In this document: one piece after another, positions 31,930 to 44,052 of the stretch | Position numbering within the stretch: position 1 is the first letter of the stretch | Layout of the letters: every line of letters begins with the position of its first letter | Source: Williopsis jadinii | Taxonomy: Eukaryota | Direction of reading: 5' to 3' | DNA: 64,000 bases | Assembly (NCBI GenBank): GCA_024346625.1 | Contig: AP024667.1 | Span: 1,054,001 to 1,118,000, forward strand | Notes under the pieces: generated by a model | What the model was told of the DNA's origin: nothing | Seen by the model: the letters and a program-made list of their open reading frames with translations, nothing else | Database searches by the model: none | Position numbers and translations under genes: made by a program

Positions 31930-33894
31930 TCAGGTCAGCACCGTATGCGCTCCTCCTCCTCTTCCATCTCTGGAACTTTGTAGCCATTCCAAATGAGCTG
32001 ATACTTTACTACACCACTCGACTGGATCCTTGTCGGTACCTTTCAAAGTGAGAGCACCGTACTTGCACAATAACCAATGCATTGCACTCCAGATCTTTGC
32101 CTCTGCATCAAACCCGGTCTCATCGGATAAGACGTCAGAATAAAGTCTCTTCGGATTTCCGTTGTCATCTAAGACTTTACGACGGCCTTGTCCTTCGATA
32201 TTCCATGGGTATAGCTTTGGCCAATTGCAGTGCAAAAACATCAACTCAGAGTTCTTGAATAGATGTCTTGGATACTTTTTCCCTTCTTTGTTGTTGTTCC
32301 ATTCGTCATCCTTGTACTTCTCGAACGATTGGTTCTGCAGGTAATCTAAAATTGGATCATACTGTCCCATAGTGGCAATGAGCATCGAGTCTCCGACAAA
32401 TTCACCGAATTCACGGATATATTCCTGAACTTGATAATAGGGAAGTCCCAATCTATGAGCTGCTGCGATGAATGTCTCTTTATCTCCCTCACCGGCTTGT
32501 CCTTGAGTGAACAATCCGTAGTAGTACTGTGGTCCGTAGAAGTTATAGTACAACGAGAGAAACAAAGCCCTAGCATGTGTTCTTCTGTTAATTAGCATCT
32601 GGCCAGCCTCTGATGAGGCTTCAGGTATTGTGCCTTCCAGATCGTGGTAAGAGACTTTCCACTCATAATCCTCGTGTGTATTCAAAGGAGTTGGATGGTC
32701 ACGCTCGTCACCATAGGAGAATCTCACTTGATGGGTTTCATTGACTTGGATATCTGCCAAATTGTAGTACATTGGACTCGTAGAACGTCTCCAGAAATCT
32801 GGCCAGATCACCATTCCAGTGGACTTATAAGGTTCATTGAAGAACAATATATCTGGGTTCTTGATTGGCAGATTATCAGAGTCCAAGAAAAGAACCTCTT
32901 CAAAGGAGGTCAACAACAGGGCCATCGATTTCAGCTGGTAACTTTTGAATTTGTAATTATGAGAAGAAAAGTAATCTTGCATCAGTATGCATTTCGCACC
33001 CAACAATGGATACACAACGTTACACAGGTCAAATGAGAATTCATTACCTTTTGGAATGAAAACCTCAACTGGTAATTTGGAACCGGAATCTCTGAGCATT
33101 TTCAAAGAGAGTAGAACAAGCCAGTCGTATTTGCCTCCACCAACGTACAGTATACCCCTACCTCTGAACCTGTTACCCAATCCCTCAGGGAACTTATCAG
33201 GCATCTTTTGCAAGAACGTCTTATGGGAGTCCTTCATGGACTGTAATTCCTCCGGGCTGAGTTGGAGGTAACTTCTTAAGTATTCCTTCGTTCTGACATG
33301 TTCCGAGTCTTTGTTGTCACGTAAATGGCCCTCGTATACTTGTATCTTCTTGTTCTTTTTCTGAGTTGGATATTTGTTGGTCTTGTTGTAGTGTTCTGGA
33401 GTATTGATTGCACCAACGGTAGGTTGACTGTCGATGACCGCTTTCAACAACTCTGGAAGAAACTTCTCCAACACCATGAGACCGGTCAGGTCATCTTCCG
33501 ACTTCATGATACCGGTGTACTGCCCATAGTCATGAATGCTGTTGGTGTTCGCATCATCCTGAGCTCCAGATATCACGTACACACCTTCGTTTGGAGACCG
33601 AGGCGGCTGTCCACCAACGGCTCCTTCAGCGAGACCAGCTCGGTGTTCGCTGGTACCATCAGCGATAAGAACAGTCAGATCTTCAGAGCTGTAATATGAC
33701 TTCAGGACATGCTTCACATGGCCAGTCACTTCACTTTGCTCTATCTGCTCTTCCTGCGGTTGTACTGTCTGCCCTGAGAAAATACAGTACCGTAGCAACG
33801 TTACAGTCACCAAGACCAAGATGACAGTAGACCGGACGTGCAAGCGCCGCCACTTCTTTATCATGGCCTGGAGATGTATAAGTTGATAATTCAT
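31930..33894 (-). CDS. Golgi alpha-1,2-mannosyltransferase, Mnn2/Mnn5 family (GT71), paralog A
   Basis: Type II membrane anchor, GILYVGGGKY, LPVEVFIP, LFLDSDN (DxD), WPDFWRRSTSP and QGQAGEGDKETF. Start is ATG 33894 or 33864. Confidence 0.9.
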   Translation of the reverse strand: MNYQLIHLQAMIKKWRRLHVRSTVILVLVTVTLLRYCIFSGQTVQPQEEQIEQSEVTGHVKHVLKSYYSSEDLTVLIADGTSEHRAGLAEGAVGGQPPRSPNEGVYVISGAQDDANTNSIHDYGQYTGIMKSEDDLTGLMVLEKFLPELLKAVIDSQPTVGAINTPEHYNKTNKYPTQKKNKKIQVYEGHLRDNKDSEHVRTKEYLRSYLQLSPEELQSMKDSHKTFLQKMPDKFPEGLGNRFRGRGILYVGGGKYDWLVLLSLKMLRDSGSKLPVEVFIPKGNEFSFDLCNVVYPLLGAKCILMQDYFSSHNYKFKSYQLKSMALLLTSFEEVLFLDSDNLPIKNPDILFFNEPYKSTGMVIWPDFWRRSTSPMYYNLADIQVNETHQVRFSYGDERDHPTPLNTHEDYEWKVSYHDLEGTIPEASSEAGQMLINRRTHARALFLSLYYNFYGPQYYYGLFTQGQAGEGDKETFIAAAHRLGLPYYQVQEYIREFGEFVGDSMLIATMGQYDPILDYLQNQSFEKYKDDEWNNNKEGKKYPRHLFKNSELMFLHCNWPKLYPWNIEGQGRRKVLDDNGNPKRLYSDVLSDETGFDAEAKIWSAMHWLLCKYGALTLKGTDKDPVEWCSKVSAHLEWLQSSRDGRGGGAHTVLT

Positions 33895-34225
33895 GGCAAC
33901 AACTACAATTACGCTGTAATAGTTGTTGATTGCCCCTTTCAAGAACGTCCACAGAAGATTTTGACAAGGCCCAGTAACAAGCGTGCTGAATTAGATGGCC
34001 AGAAGCAGATACAACCAACGAGGCCGGCAGCACGAGCTATACTATGAAGTCCGAGCGTCGACATGCATTGCACTTTATGCACCTATGGGTTGCCATGGTG
34101 ATATGCTTCCTTCGGCTTTGTGAGCGAGTCGTTTGAAATATTGCTGCTGAGAGCCAGATGCTGTGGACATGGCTCAGGAGGAAACATGATGGAAAGTTTA
34201 CTCCCTTTACTCTACGATCTAGAGG

Positions 34226-34417
34226 ATAAGCACCCAGGCCTTGTGGTTTTCATATCACGTTGTTTAAGAGCTATCTCATTGTCACTATTCGTACTACTGG
34301 TGGAGGTTCCAAAAGCACACCACGTGGAAAGGAATATACCATTACAGTAGTTGGTTATGTGATATGTTGTGACGTGTATATCATTTGAGGATTATAAGCT
34401 GAACGCCGAAGAGCACA
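34226..34417. repeat. ~190-bp non-coding block duplicated at 40564-40755
   Basis: Shared sequence includes TATCTCATTGTCACTA...TTCCAAAAGCAC-CCACGTGGAAAGGAATATACCATTACAGTAGTTGGTT...GTGACGTGTATATCATTTGAGG. Confidence 0.9.
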
Positions 34418-35716
34418 ACGGGGAAACTGGGCAGGGTTGAGAGAAGGCCTTTGCACGAGTCCATCGATGCATTTGAATGCACTTCAGGAGATACTGGTCG
34501 CAGTGATGGGAGATCTAATTAAATGATACCGAATTACAGGCCCTTAACATGGTCCTGCCCCTCCGCCCCCCCCCCGTGTCTGATTGTCTGGTGTAAAATC
34601 TCCTTAATCAAGCAGCACTTGGTTTGTGGTTAAGGAAGCGTTCATTGCGGTAATTCAACCTGGCTGTGTAATTTTTTCAAATCTAACGTGTGCGCATCGA
34701 CGTACGTGTGTTGATGCAGCGGGCTGCAAGCATAAATGAGCGAACAAAGAAAAATCTTTTCTAACTAACTTCAGCAATAGCTTTTTTCCACTGTATCTCC
34801 AAACCAATCCTGCTCGGTGAGTTTGAGCACATCGTTCTAGTTGACTCCTGGATGTATGTTGGTAGTAGATGGAAGCGTGTAACCTTCAGTTCATAGATGA
34901 CAGCAAGCTGGTGAACCATAGTAGGGATTTGCTAAGGATTTGCATCCATGCTACGCTCTGGAAGATCTCTAGTGTAAAGCCTCGGAAATAACAAACTTGC
35001 TTCGCCTGGATTGAGAATCATTGATGTTCTTGGGGATCTTAGAGGGCTTTTCGAGGTTCTTCGAGAACAGGAACAAACGCTTTAATCACCGAGTAGTGAT
35101 GAGCTAATAATGGACTTCCGTATAGTTCTCTTCTCCAAACAAGCAAGTTTCAGTGGAGATCTTGAAGTACTTGGCTGATTGGGATCAATGGATAGAGTGT
35201 GAATGCGCCTCCCGGTGAGGTCTGGAAAGTTGGCTTGATGTGTTAGGATGCTCACAGGATTAGAGAGAAGGAGCCAGCCGTATTGCACTCTGCAGCTAGT
35301 GGATGAAAAGACACTTAGAAAAGGGTGCACGCCTCTTAGAATTCCATAAATGGTCCAGCAGCTTGAGATACAGTCGAATTTGTAAGAACAGGTCCAATTT
35401 CGGACATGCTGAAATTCCACTAACTCATGAACTACGGATGGTATGAGAAACACGTCTATAACATTTTAACACTGGCGTCTTGTTGCCCAACTAAGCTGAA
35501 ATTGGTGCAATTCTGAATCCGTTGAGTAAATTTTATTTGAAAATCCCTTAACATGTTACCGAAGCTGGCCGACACACCATAAAACACAACTATATAGGTA
35601 TGTGATTACTCATACCAGCTGGAATTATACAAGTTGGCAAATACTCCATTAGGTTTTCTAATGAAACTCTTCAAGAGAAGGATTGATTTCAAAGAGTGAT
35701 CGAACCTTTCCCCTTT

Positions 35717-37335
35717 CTATTTATACCTCAACAACTCCCTAATTTTACTGAGAGGCCTTTCGCTCAATGTAAAAGATGAAGTTATATTGAGTATTGCAAG
35801 AACACCTCTCGAAAAAAGTGAATAAGAATCGCAAAAGCGTTTTCTAGAGTGTGCTTCTGGATAAGTGATAGGATCTTGGTTGGAGTTGTACTCGAAGAGA
35901 AACTTGTTTAATCCATTGCAAATGGGTTCTGCAGGCAAGCTGATTTTGTCTCCAGGTTGTGACAATACAACAGATTCATGATGGCCTTTAGACTTTGATT
36001 ATCGAGTTCAGTGTGAGCGGAGGTCTGACACCCTCCATGTTGATTCTCATCATTTTGAACCTCAACATTGGCTCCATCATTCATGGCATAAGCATCTTTG
36101 CTATCATAGGTGGGTTATATTTTGCAAGATACTTCTCAATTCCAGCTTGTGCACTTTGAGAGAAATTTTATTGTATTTGAGAATTTGTGCAAGTACCAGA
36201 GTCCGGTTGTCAACAATCTCTTTGAGATAACTTTTGCCTCTTCAAATCCCAATTCAATGGCTTCATTGAGCCGTTTCAGGTGGCTTCTGACAAATCTCAG
36301 CTAACTGTACAACAAATCCCTAAAACTCGACAATACACTCACATAAAGTAAACCCTTTTTCCTTAAAATGTTTTTTTTCAATCATTGCGATGAACATTTA
36401 CATAATCCTCTTGAATGTTGTCATTTGACAGTACTCCTCTGTGGAAGACTTATGGAACTTTTCAAGCTGATCGTGTAGTTTGTCCACTACCACTCTGTTC
36501 TTAACAAAACTATCAAGTGAATGAGCAAAGAGTTCCATCTTTTTTGCAACAACGTTGAACCCTCGGAACATCGTGTTCTTCTTTAAAGGCTCGGATAACT
36601 TCATTGGCTTCATGAGAATGACTTAACATCCAACAGAGCTTGTTATTCTTCTCTGGAGTAGCTTTCAAATCTGCACAGAGACATTCATTCAGCATTTCAG
36701 AAAGTGCCAACACTACATTAGTTGTTTCTTTGGAAGTCTCAGCCCCAACTTCCTTATTTCAATTAACTTCATCCCATGATTCTCCATATCTGTCTCCCAG
36801 GATTTGGACAGTGCTTGTTGGTCCAAGTCCGCTTACCTTACTGCCCCAAACAAGAATCAGAATATGACAAAAACATCCGATGCCTCAGTATAAAGTGCAT
36901 AGTCATCACCCCCACAAGTGTTCGCTTCAACGAGGCCATAACACTGGCATTGTCAGTAGTACACGAAACAAAATATTCACAAGATAATATTGACCCAATA
37001 TTCTTATGGAGGCCATTGTAGACATCAGCTGCCCATTTACCACGTAGTCCAATACTCGCAGTTAAAGCCGATTGTCGAACTATAGTACCATTGCTACGTT
37101 CACAGGTAGCTATGATGTTCACTACCAAGTAAGAGCACCCTCGGCAGGACATATTTGCTGAAAAACCAACAGTTTTATCTTATATCAAAGAACCAAATTA
37201 TCATCCAGGGTGTTCGTTTTATTTCTATACATCTTGGTATTGAACCCAAGTCGGTACTGGAGTTCTCATAGATAAGGGTTCTCCAAGCTCTTGAATCTCA
37301 AACTGCTGGCCAAAAAGAATGCAACCATCATGTTC
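35717..37335 (-). mobile_element. hAT-superfamily transposase pseudogene
   Basis: Collinear fragments: VAFFLASSLRFKSLENPYL, SYLVV, VSCTTDNASVM (hAT TDNASNM motif), MEPMLRFK-like (LDPRFK), and ILNITSSFTLSERPLSK (dimerization domain, S..SER.FS). Many stops and frameshifts; TIRs not identified. Confidence 0.75.
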
Positions 37336-38112
37336 TCAGAACTGACTCTTTTCTGAGATGAAACCTGTGTGGATGTGTTTCTGGCTTCCGTGACTGTGAG
37401 CTATTCCTTAGCTCGGCGATTTGAATTGGCTGTACACTGATAACTAAAGATGTAGTGGAGAAGAGACAGCACTGCTTGTCTGGTTAGAAGACACTTGAAG
37501 CTCCTCAGCACACACTGCTGACAACGTTACTACCGGAACTGGTGCTCTTTTTAGAACTTCAAGAATAACAAAATTTGTACACTATGCTACACAGATCCAA
37601 GCTCTACAATGAAATACTTGGAATATGTCAGCCAGTTTCTTATAACTGACGAGGAACTGAGGACCTGTTGAGGACTTGCAGAATCCTCCCGTACCGAAAG
37701 TTTGACATTATGCGGGTTCTCATTCAGGTACTTGGTAGGGACACGCGTGGAAGAATTTGAATTTCTCTGGCGGGCTCTTGCCCAATTTCGATACGCCACG
37801 CGACTCAAATCGACGCGTTACAGGTAATACGCAAGTAGAAGAGGAAACGCGGTATGGGCACTGGAATGAATACAACATATTCCCTTTCACCATTCAGAGA
37901 CGATTGAGAAATTGGAGAGTCACTTTCAAAATGGCAATATAATGTATCTGATTGCTAGCGGGGGTTTATACATGCAAATGAGTATTAAAACTGTTTGATT
38001 GGTCTTTAAATCGATGTCCTGTGTATGAAATCGTTGGGAAAACAACGCTGGAGTTACCGTTTCCCTGGTGGGATATCTAAGGAAACAAATGAAATAGGAG
38101 CACACTTTTGTC

Positions 38113-40038
38113 TCATTGACCATTGACATTTTTCATCTTGATCTCAACATCTTCTGGATGAGCTCTAAGCCATTGTAGATGATCTGTGACTTTCTTGCAC
38201 CATAGTTGTGGTGCGTGTAATCCTTGTATGACTATATCTCCATGGTTACACAGTAGCCATTGCATGGATTCCCAGATCTTGGCCTCAGCATCAAATCCTA
38301 ACTCCTCGTGAAGATAATGGGAATACAGTCTTCTTTTGTTACCTGCAGTGTCGTGGATCTTTCTGAATCCATTACCATCGACTTGCCATGGATATAGCTT
38401 CGGCTGATTACAATGCAAGAACATCGTCTCAGATTCTTTGTACCTGTGCATAGGGTAGTTGTTCTTACTTCTATCGTAAACCCAGTCGTCATCTTTATAC
38501 TTCTCAGGCTCTTGACCTTGCAGGTAGTCCAGTATTGGATCGTACTGGCCCATGGCGTTGATATGGAACTCGTACTCTTTGGTGACTTCACCATACTCCC
38601 TGATATATTCTTGGACAATGTAATACGGAAGCCTCATCTGGTGAGCTGCTGCTAAGAATGTCTCCTTATCGCCCTCACCTGCTTGTCCTTGGGAGAACAA
38701 CCCGTAGTAGTAATCAGGTCCAAAGAAGTTGTAGTATAAAGAGAGGAAGATGGCCTTTGCATGTGTTTTCTTGTTAATCATAAGCTGCCCGGTCTCTGAC
38801 GATGCTTCTGGCAATGTGCCTTCCAAATCGTGGTAGGAGATCTTCCATTCATAGTCTTCGTGAGTCTCCAGAGGCTGTGGGTGATCACGCTCATCTCCGT
38901 AGGAGAATCTCACTTGATGAGTCTCATTAACCGTGATGTTGGCAATCTCATAGTACAACGGACTTGTCGAGCGTCTCCAGAAATCTGGCCATACAATCAT
39001 TCCATTAGACTTGAATGGTTCATTGATGAAAAGCAGATCAGGGTTCTTCAGAGGAATGTTATCAGAATCAAGCATCAGCACTTCCTCGAATGTCGTCAAT
39101 AACAGTGCCATTGATTTCAACTGATACCCTCTGAACCTGTACTTTTTCGTATTAACGTATTTCGCCATAAGAATACACTCAGCACCAAGAATAGGAAATA
39201 CTCTTTTACACAGCTCAGAGGAATACTCAGAATCATCAGGAATAAACACCTCCACCGGTAACCTCGAGCCTGTGTTTCGTAACATAACCAATGAGAGCAA
39301 CACTAACCAGTTATACTTACCACCACCAGCGTACAGTATACCTCGACGTTTGAGTTTCTTTTCAAATTCATCAGGAAACTTGTCAGGAAGAAGATCCACT
39401 ATCTTTTGGTGTGAGGCCTTCATCTGTGCCATCTCATCTTCACTGAGCTGCATATAACTTCTGAGGTATTCTTTACTTCTTATTGGATCAACCCCATTAT
39501 TCTCGCGTAATTTCCCTAAAAGTGTCGGCATCTTACACTTTCTTGTTTTCCTGTATACGTTGGATTCGTTGTAGTGGTTTGGGTTGTTTATCTCCTCGAT
39601 GTTAGGTTTTGAGCTGAGGATGTTCTCTAGCAGCTCAGAGACAAATTTCTTGAATGTTGACTGCCTATTCAGCTCAGCGTCTAAACGTTCCTTATTCGTG
39701 AATTCAGGGTACTCGTCATTCAGATAGTACTCCTCCTCAGTGTAGTCCAGAATAGTATGGATATCACCTTCGAGGGACACATATTTCCCCTTCTGCTGCG
39801 CAATGATTTGGAACCCATCCTCCGTCTCGAAATATGGGTTGCGATAGTGAGTTGTCAATGGTGCATCAGTGCCTATATGGCCTTCGTTCAAGATTGTAGA
39901 GTGGAAATGAGAATACAGCAACTGTACACACGCTATTATCAAGATGCCTGCCAACAGTAAAGCGAATCTTCCCTTTTTACCTGTAATCAAAGCTACTTTC
40001 CTGACAGTTAGGTTATAGAAGTATCTTAGGTGGATCAT
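38113..40038 (-). CDS. Golgi alpha-1,2-mannosyltransferase, Mnn2/Mnn5 family (GT71), paralog B
   Basis: 641 aa with the same motifs as paralog A (LMLDSDN, WPDFWRRSTSP, QGQAGEGDKETF). Tandem, same strand. Confidence 0.9.
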   Translation of the reverse strand: MIHLRYFYNLTVRKVALITGKKGRFALLLAGILIIACVQLLYSHFHSTILNEGHIGTDAPLTTHYRNPYFETEDGFQIIAQQKGKYVSLEGDIHTILDYTEEEYYLNDEYPEFTNKERLDAELNRQSTFKKFVSELLENILSSKPNIEEINNPNHYNESNVYRKTRKCKMPTLLGKLRENNGVDPIRSKEYLRSYMQLSEDEMAQMKASHQKIVDLLPDKFPDEFEKKLKRRGILYAGGGKYNWLVLLSLVMLRNTGSRLPVEVFIPDDSEYSSELCKRVFPILGAECILMAKYVNTKKYRFRGYQLKSMALLLTTFEEVLMLDSDNIPLKNPDLLFINEPFKSNGMIVWPDFWRRSTSPLYYEIANITVNETHQVRFSYGDERDHPQPLETHEDYEWKISYHDLEGTLPEASSETGQLMINKKTHAKAIFLSLYYNFFGPDYYYGLFSQGQAGEGDKETFLAAAHQMRLPYYIVQEYIREYGEVTKEYEFHINAMGQYDPILDYLQGQEPEKYKDDDWVYDRSKNNYPMHRYKESETMFLHCNQPKLYPWQVDGNGFRKIHDTAGNKRRLYSHYLHEELGFDAEAKIWESMQWLLCNHGDIVIQGLHAPQLWCKKVTDHLQWLRAHPEDVEIKMKNVNGQ

Positions 40039-40563
40039 CTCTCCCGCTAACCCAGAGCATACAAACCGCAGTTGAGAAATTCAAGCGGGAGTGGAAGAGA
40101 TGAAAGCAGAAACACAAAAAAGTAACGAAAACTGTCCAAGACTTCATCTCAGAGGATAACTTGGTGAATCTTTTCCACTGTGGACGCTGGGACATAAACT
40201 CAGCGTATATTCAACCTCAACGCGTTTGATTGGAGCAGAACAATGTGTATGTATGCATGCGTGATGTTCCTCCTGAGAGTTTGTTGGTGGGAGATAAGCG
40301 TAAAATTTTTTGCGCTTTTCTCGTTGTGCTTTGTATGCGGTTTATTACCGTAGTGACCAGGAATTAAGTTATGGATACTTTACCAATTGAACCAAGCAGG
40401 ATACATAATTTGGTTCACTAAAATTTACGACTGTGTGATAATCTCCCTTTTGTTTTATGACCGAATTGTTTGAACTATTACTGCTAAGCGTCAGGTGCTG
40501 TCGACATCGTTCAAAAGGAAACTTGAGGAAAACTTCATTCTCTTCTCTTTATGGTTTAAGAGA

Positions 40564-40755
40564 ATAAGCACCTTCATCTTGTAGTTTTCATATTATATCG
40601 TTTAAGAGTTATCTCATTGTCACTACTCGTATTACTGGTAGACGTTCCAAAAGCACGCCACGTGGAAAGGAATATACCATTACAGTAGTTGGTTGTGTAA
40701 TATATCGTGACGTGTATATCATTTGAGGTTTTTAAGCTGCACCCCGAAGAGCACA
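40564..40755. repeat. Second copy of the ~190-bp block upstream of the MNN2-family paralogs
   Basis: Direct repeat of 34226-34417. Confidence 0.9.
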
Positions 40756-40904
40756 CCATACAGCTGGAATTGATGAGATCGGCAGTTGTGATTTAGCCTA
40801 TTCTTGAGATCTTGCATGGGACACGGTTACCGGTAGATTCTCTCACTGAACGCTTGGCGTTAGGAGTTGTCAATATGCAGAAATAGAAAACCTTGATTTT
40901 GGTT

Positions 40905-40991
40905 CAGGGATGGCCTTGCGTTAGGGCCTGCTTTGGGGCCTGCGTTTGTGTTTGGGCCTGTGTTTGGGCCTGCGTTTGGGCCTGCGTTTGC
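40905..40991 (+). repeat. GC-rich 12-bp minisatellite (GGGCCTGCGTTT-like, about 5 units) following CAGGGATGGC
   Basis: Visible directly in the sequence. Confidence 0.8.
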
Positions 40992-42279
40992 GAAGCTTTT
41001 GCGCGACATCTCACGCCAATAACCAGGGCTCAAAACCTTTGCACGATGAGTACCCTAATGAGCCATGGTTACTTTGACCAGAAACACTTCGTGTCACACA
41101 TGAAACTGGAAGCAGAAGCCTGGCTGATAAAATCTTGGCTTATCAAGCCTACAAGGGATGTCTGTTTGCCTCGAACGACAAGAAACATGTAATTTGAGAA
41201 CTTTGGTATCCTCTACGAGTTGGTATCCTGAAACTGGAAGGCAGGATCATTGGCCGAAGTCGGGTAGGAATCATGATGGAAAGTGCTTGAAAGTTGGTTT
41301 GAAGGGAATGAACCGCGGAGTGTGAGAGATGAGCAGTTCAGATTTCGGGAAGTAACGTACCAGAAGTGATCTGGAAATGAATTTTGAAACAAACAGAGTA
41401 ACATGAAAGCCATTTGTAAGTTTAAAAATCTGATCTCTTAGATATGTGCTGTAATATCACGATTTAACGCTGTCTATTTATGGAAAAAGATCCCCTGTAC
41501 AAGGACACATCTACTATGAGCTTTTTAGGAAAATTTCGGCCAGATCTCCTTTCTATAACGTGAATTATACATGACCAAGAAGGCTGAAATTATCTACCTA
41601 TGCAAGTGATCAACGAGTTAAACAACTACATAGATAGTAACTACGTTTATTCCATGACTTGGTATTCAGGTAAATCATGGCACATGGAAACAATATACAG
41701 TAGTTATATGATAACAACCAAATATCAAATGTACAATAATTTGCACCAATCCTCAGCATTCATTTCTCCGTTTATGCCATCTTTTTCCTTGTCGTTTACA
41801 TCTTGCTCGTGTATGTGGGACTAATTCGAAGTCCCCCAATGATTGGTCTGAACCATATGTTATTATGACCAATGGCCAGTAACCAATTCCACTATCTTGT
41901 AAAGTTTTCAGGGCTGGATAAATGGAGCTTAACAGCTGATAAGTACGAATTGAGAGTGTGCTCTTCGTGATTCAGCTTATAGTCTTCAAAAAATAATGAT
42001 ACCACAATGTATCACACAATCAGCAAGTAAACAGTTTCTCATGCAGTTCCCTTCCCCTTCAAGCACCGGCTAGATGTTATTAGCATTATGAAATAATGAG
42101 ATTAAAATAGCTCCTAATCAATATGGTGTGAAAATGTAAGAAAAAAGGTTAGTTCATGATTCAAGTTGTTTCAATAAAACATAAAAGAGGTGTAACAACT
42201 GTTAACTGCTACATCAGTTTATAATGCTATTAATTCAGAAATACATCCAAAAGTCGAATCCGAAGGTCAAAAACCACAG

Positions 42280-44052
42280 AAACTATGGCAATTATGTAAT
42301 TGCTTTGCAGTCTCAGCTAAACACACTGCTTCATTCATATTTGATGTCTCTTTGGAGTCAGCTGAGGGATGAAATGACTTTACCTTGGATGAATCAACAG
42401 CAATTGTTTCTGTCACGGCTGGTACAATTCTTATCGATGGTGAAGATTACTCTATTGACCAAAGTACCGCAGAAAAGTTGAAAGCAACGTACACTGGTGC
42501 CAAAGGCAATGAGTCTGTGATGAATCTTGTTTTCGCTGGCTGGATAGCTTCTGACTCTGTAATATGGATTACTAAAGGTTCTGGAATTGGAACAGAAAAC
42601 AACAACAAGGAGAAGTCATTCCCTACCGAGTCTGTGACTATTTTGGATTTCAATAATGAATCGTCAAATGAATTACCTGAGGATAAATCTGAAGAAACCC
42701 CCGGAGAGTCATCTGAAGAACCAATAACTGCTAGCTCAAGCGAACCTATCACTGAATCTACTGAATCCTCCTCTGAATCTGAATCTGAAACTGGACCTGT
42801 TATCAGCGGTGAATATGATGCTGAAGCTGAGACTGCAGCTTGGAGCATTGAACTTCCTGGAAATCTTGGACCATGGGAGTCTGTTGATGTTACTATAACA
42901 AAGGACGTGGATGACAGCGGAGAATTTGATTTCGTCTCTGCCATTGCATATATCAATGGCGAATTGTATTCATCTGCGGAAATCACTTTAACTACCGACA
43001 GTATTACCCTTTTGATCTCTGAAGCTATTGGTGTGGACGACATACTCAGTATTGATTTTGTTGCTGACACTTCCAGTGGATACCAATGGACATCTCTTGC
43101 CCATATTCTTATGACTGTTCCAGATGAGAGATTGATGAAGAGAGCTGTTGTCGAATGGGACTTGTCTTCGACTGTTGTTAATGAGGCTGTTGTTCCATCT
43201 TCTTCCAAATCTGAACCTGCCTCCGAGTCTCGCTCTGAATCTTAGTCAGAGTCTGTGTCTGCTTCTTACTCCATCAACTCCAAATCTACCTCTTTAGCAC
43301 CAGAAGTTACGTTAATGTTAATCACAGACAACAAGCAATGCAGGAAGCACTACCCTTATACCCTTATTAGCATCACAAGCTGTGAGGGTTATAAGTGCTC
43401 TCAAACCAAAGGTCCTACTGGAGTGGTTGTTGTCACTGAGATTATTTCTGGTATCATCACTTCTTACACAATCTACTGTCCAGAGACCTACTTCATCAAG
43501 ACTTACTTTGAGAAGATCGTTTGCGTTACCATCCCATGTGAGGTTTGTGAAGAGGGTGCTGCTGCTATAACCAAGACCATCGAATGTGAGGATGAGTGTT
43601 ACGATGTTATTGTCACCCAGACAAAGACCATTGTTACTGCTACTGGTGGATCAGTCATCCCTACTGGTGTTGCTAAGACATACATTACTGGTGCCGAGGC
43701 GACTGCTACAATTGTTACTGTTGTTAGCACTGTTGGTGGCTCACATCTGACTGCTGTTGCTGTTGAAAACTACGGTGTTGCTGTCGATGATATTGCTTTT
43801 ACGAAATCTGGTAATGGTAAGGTTGTTGTTGGAGGTACTATTGCTTACTTCAGGCTCTGTTATTGTCGAGACCACTGAGATCACAGTGACTATTCCACTT
43901 AAGACAGAAACAGGTATTTCTGATTCCTCTGGATCATCTGGATCGTCTGGTTCTGAGACTACTGTAGATATTCCTGCTTATTAATGTGTAACAGCTAAGA
44001 AGTCAATGATTCAAGTGCTTTCTTCCCTTCTTTTCGCTGTTGCTTTGATTTA
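42280..44052 (+). pseudogene. Pseudogene paralog of the 1673-aa adhesin at 49208-54229
   Basis: Near-identical PVISGEYDAEAETAAWSIELPGNLGPW domain and Cys-rich stalk. In-frame stops at ~42370, 43243 and ~43982 (TAT GAA changed to TAT TAA), frameshifts, and no signal peptide seen. The 3' flank 44053-44220 matches 54230-54400. Confidence 0.88.
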
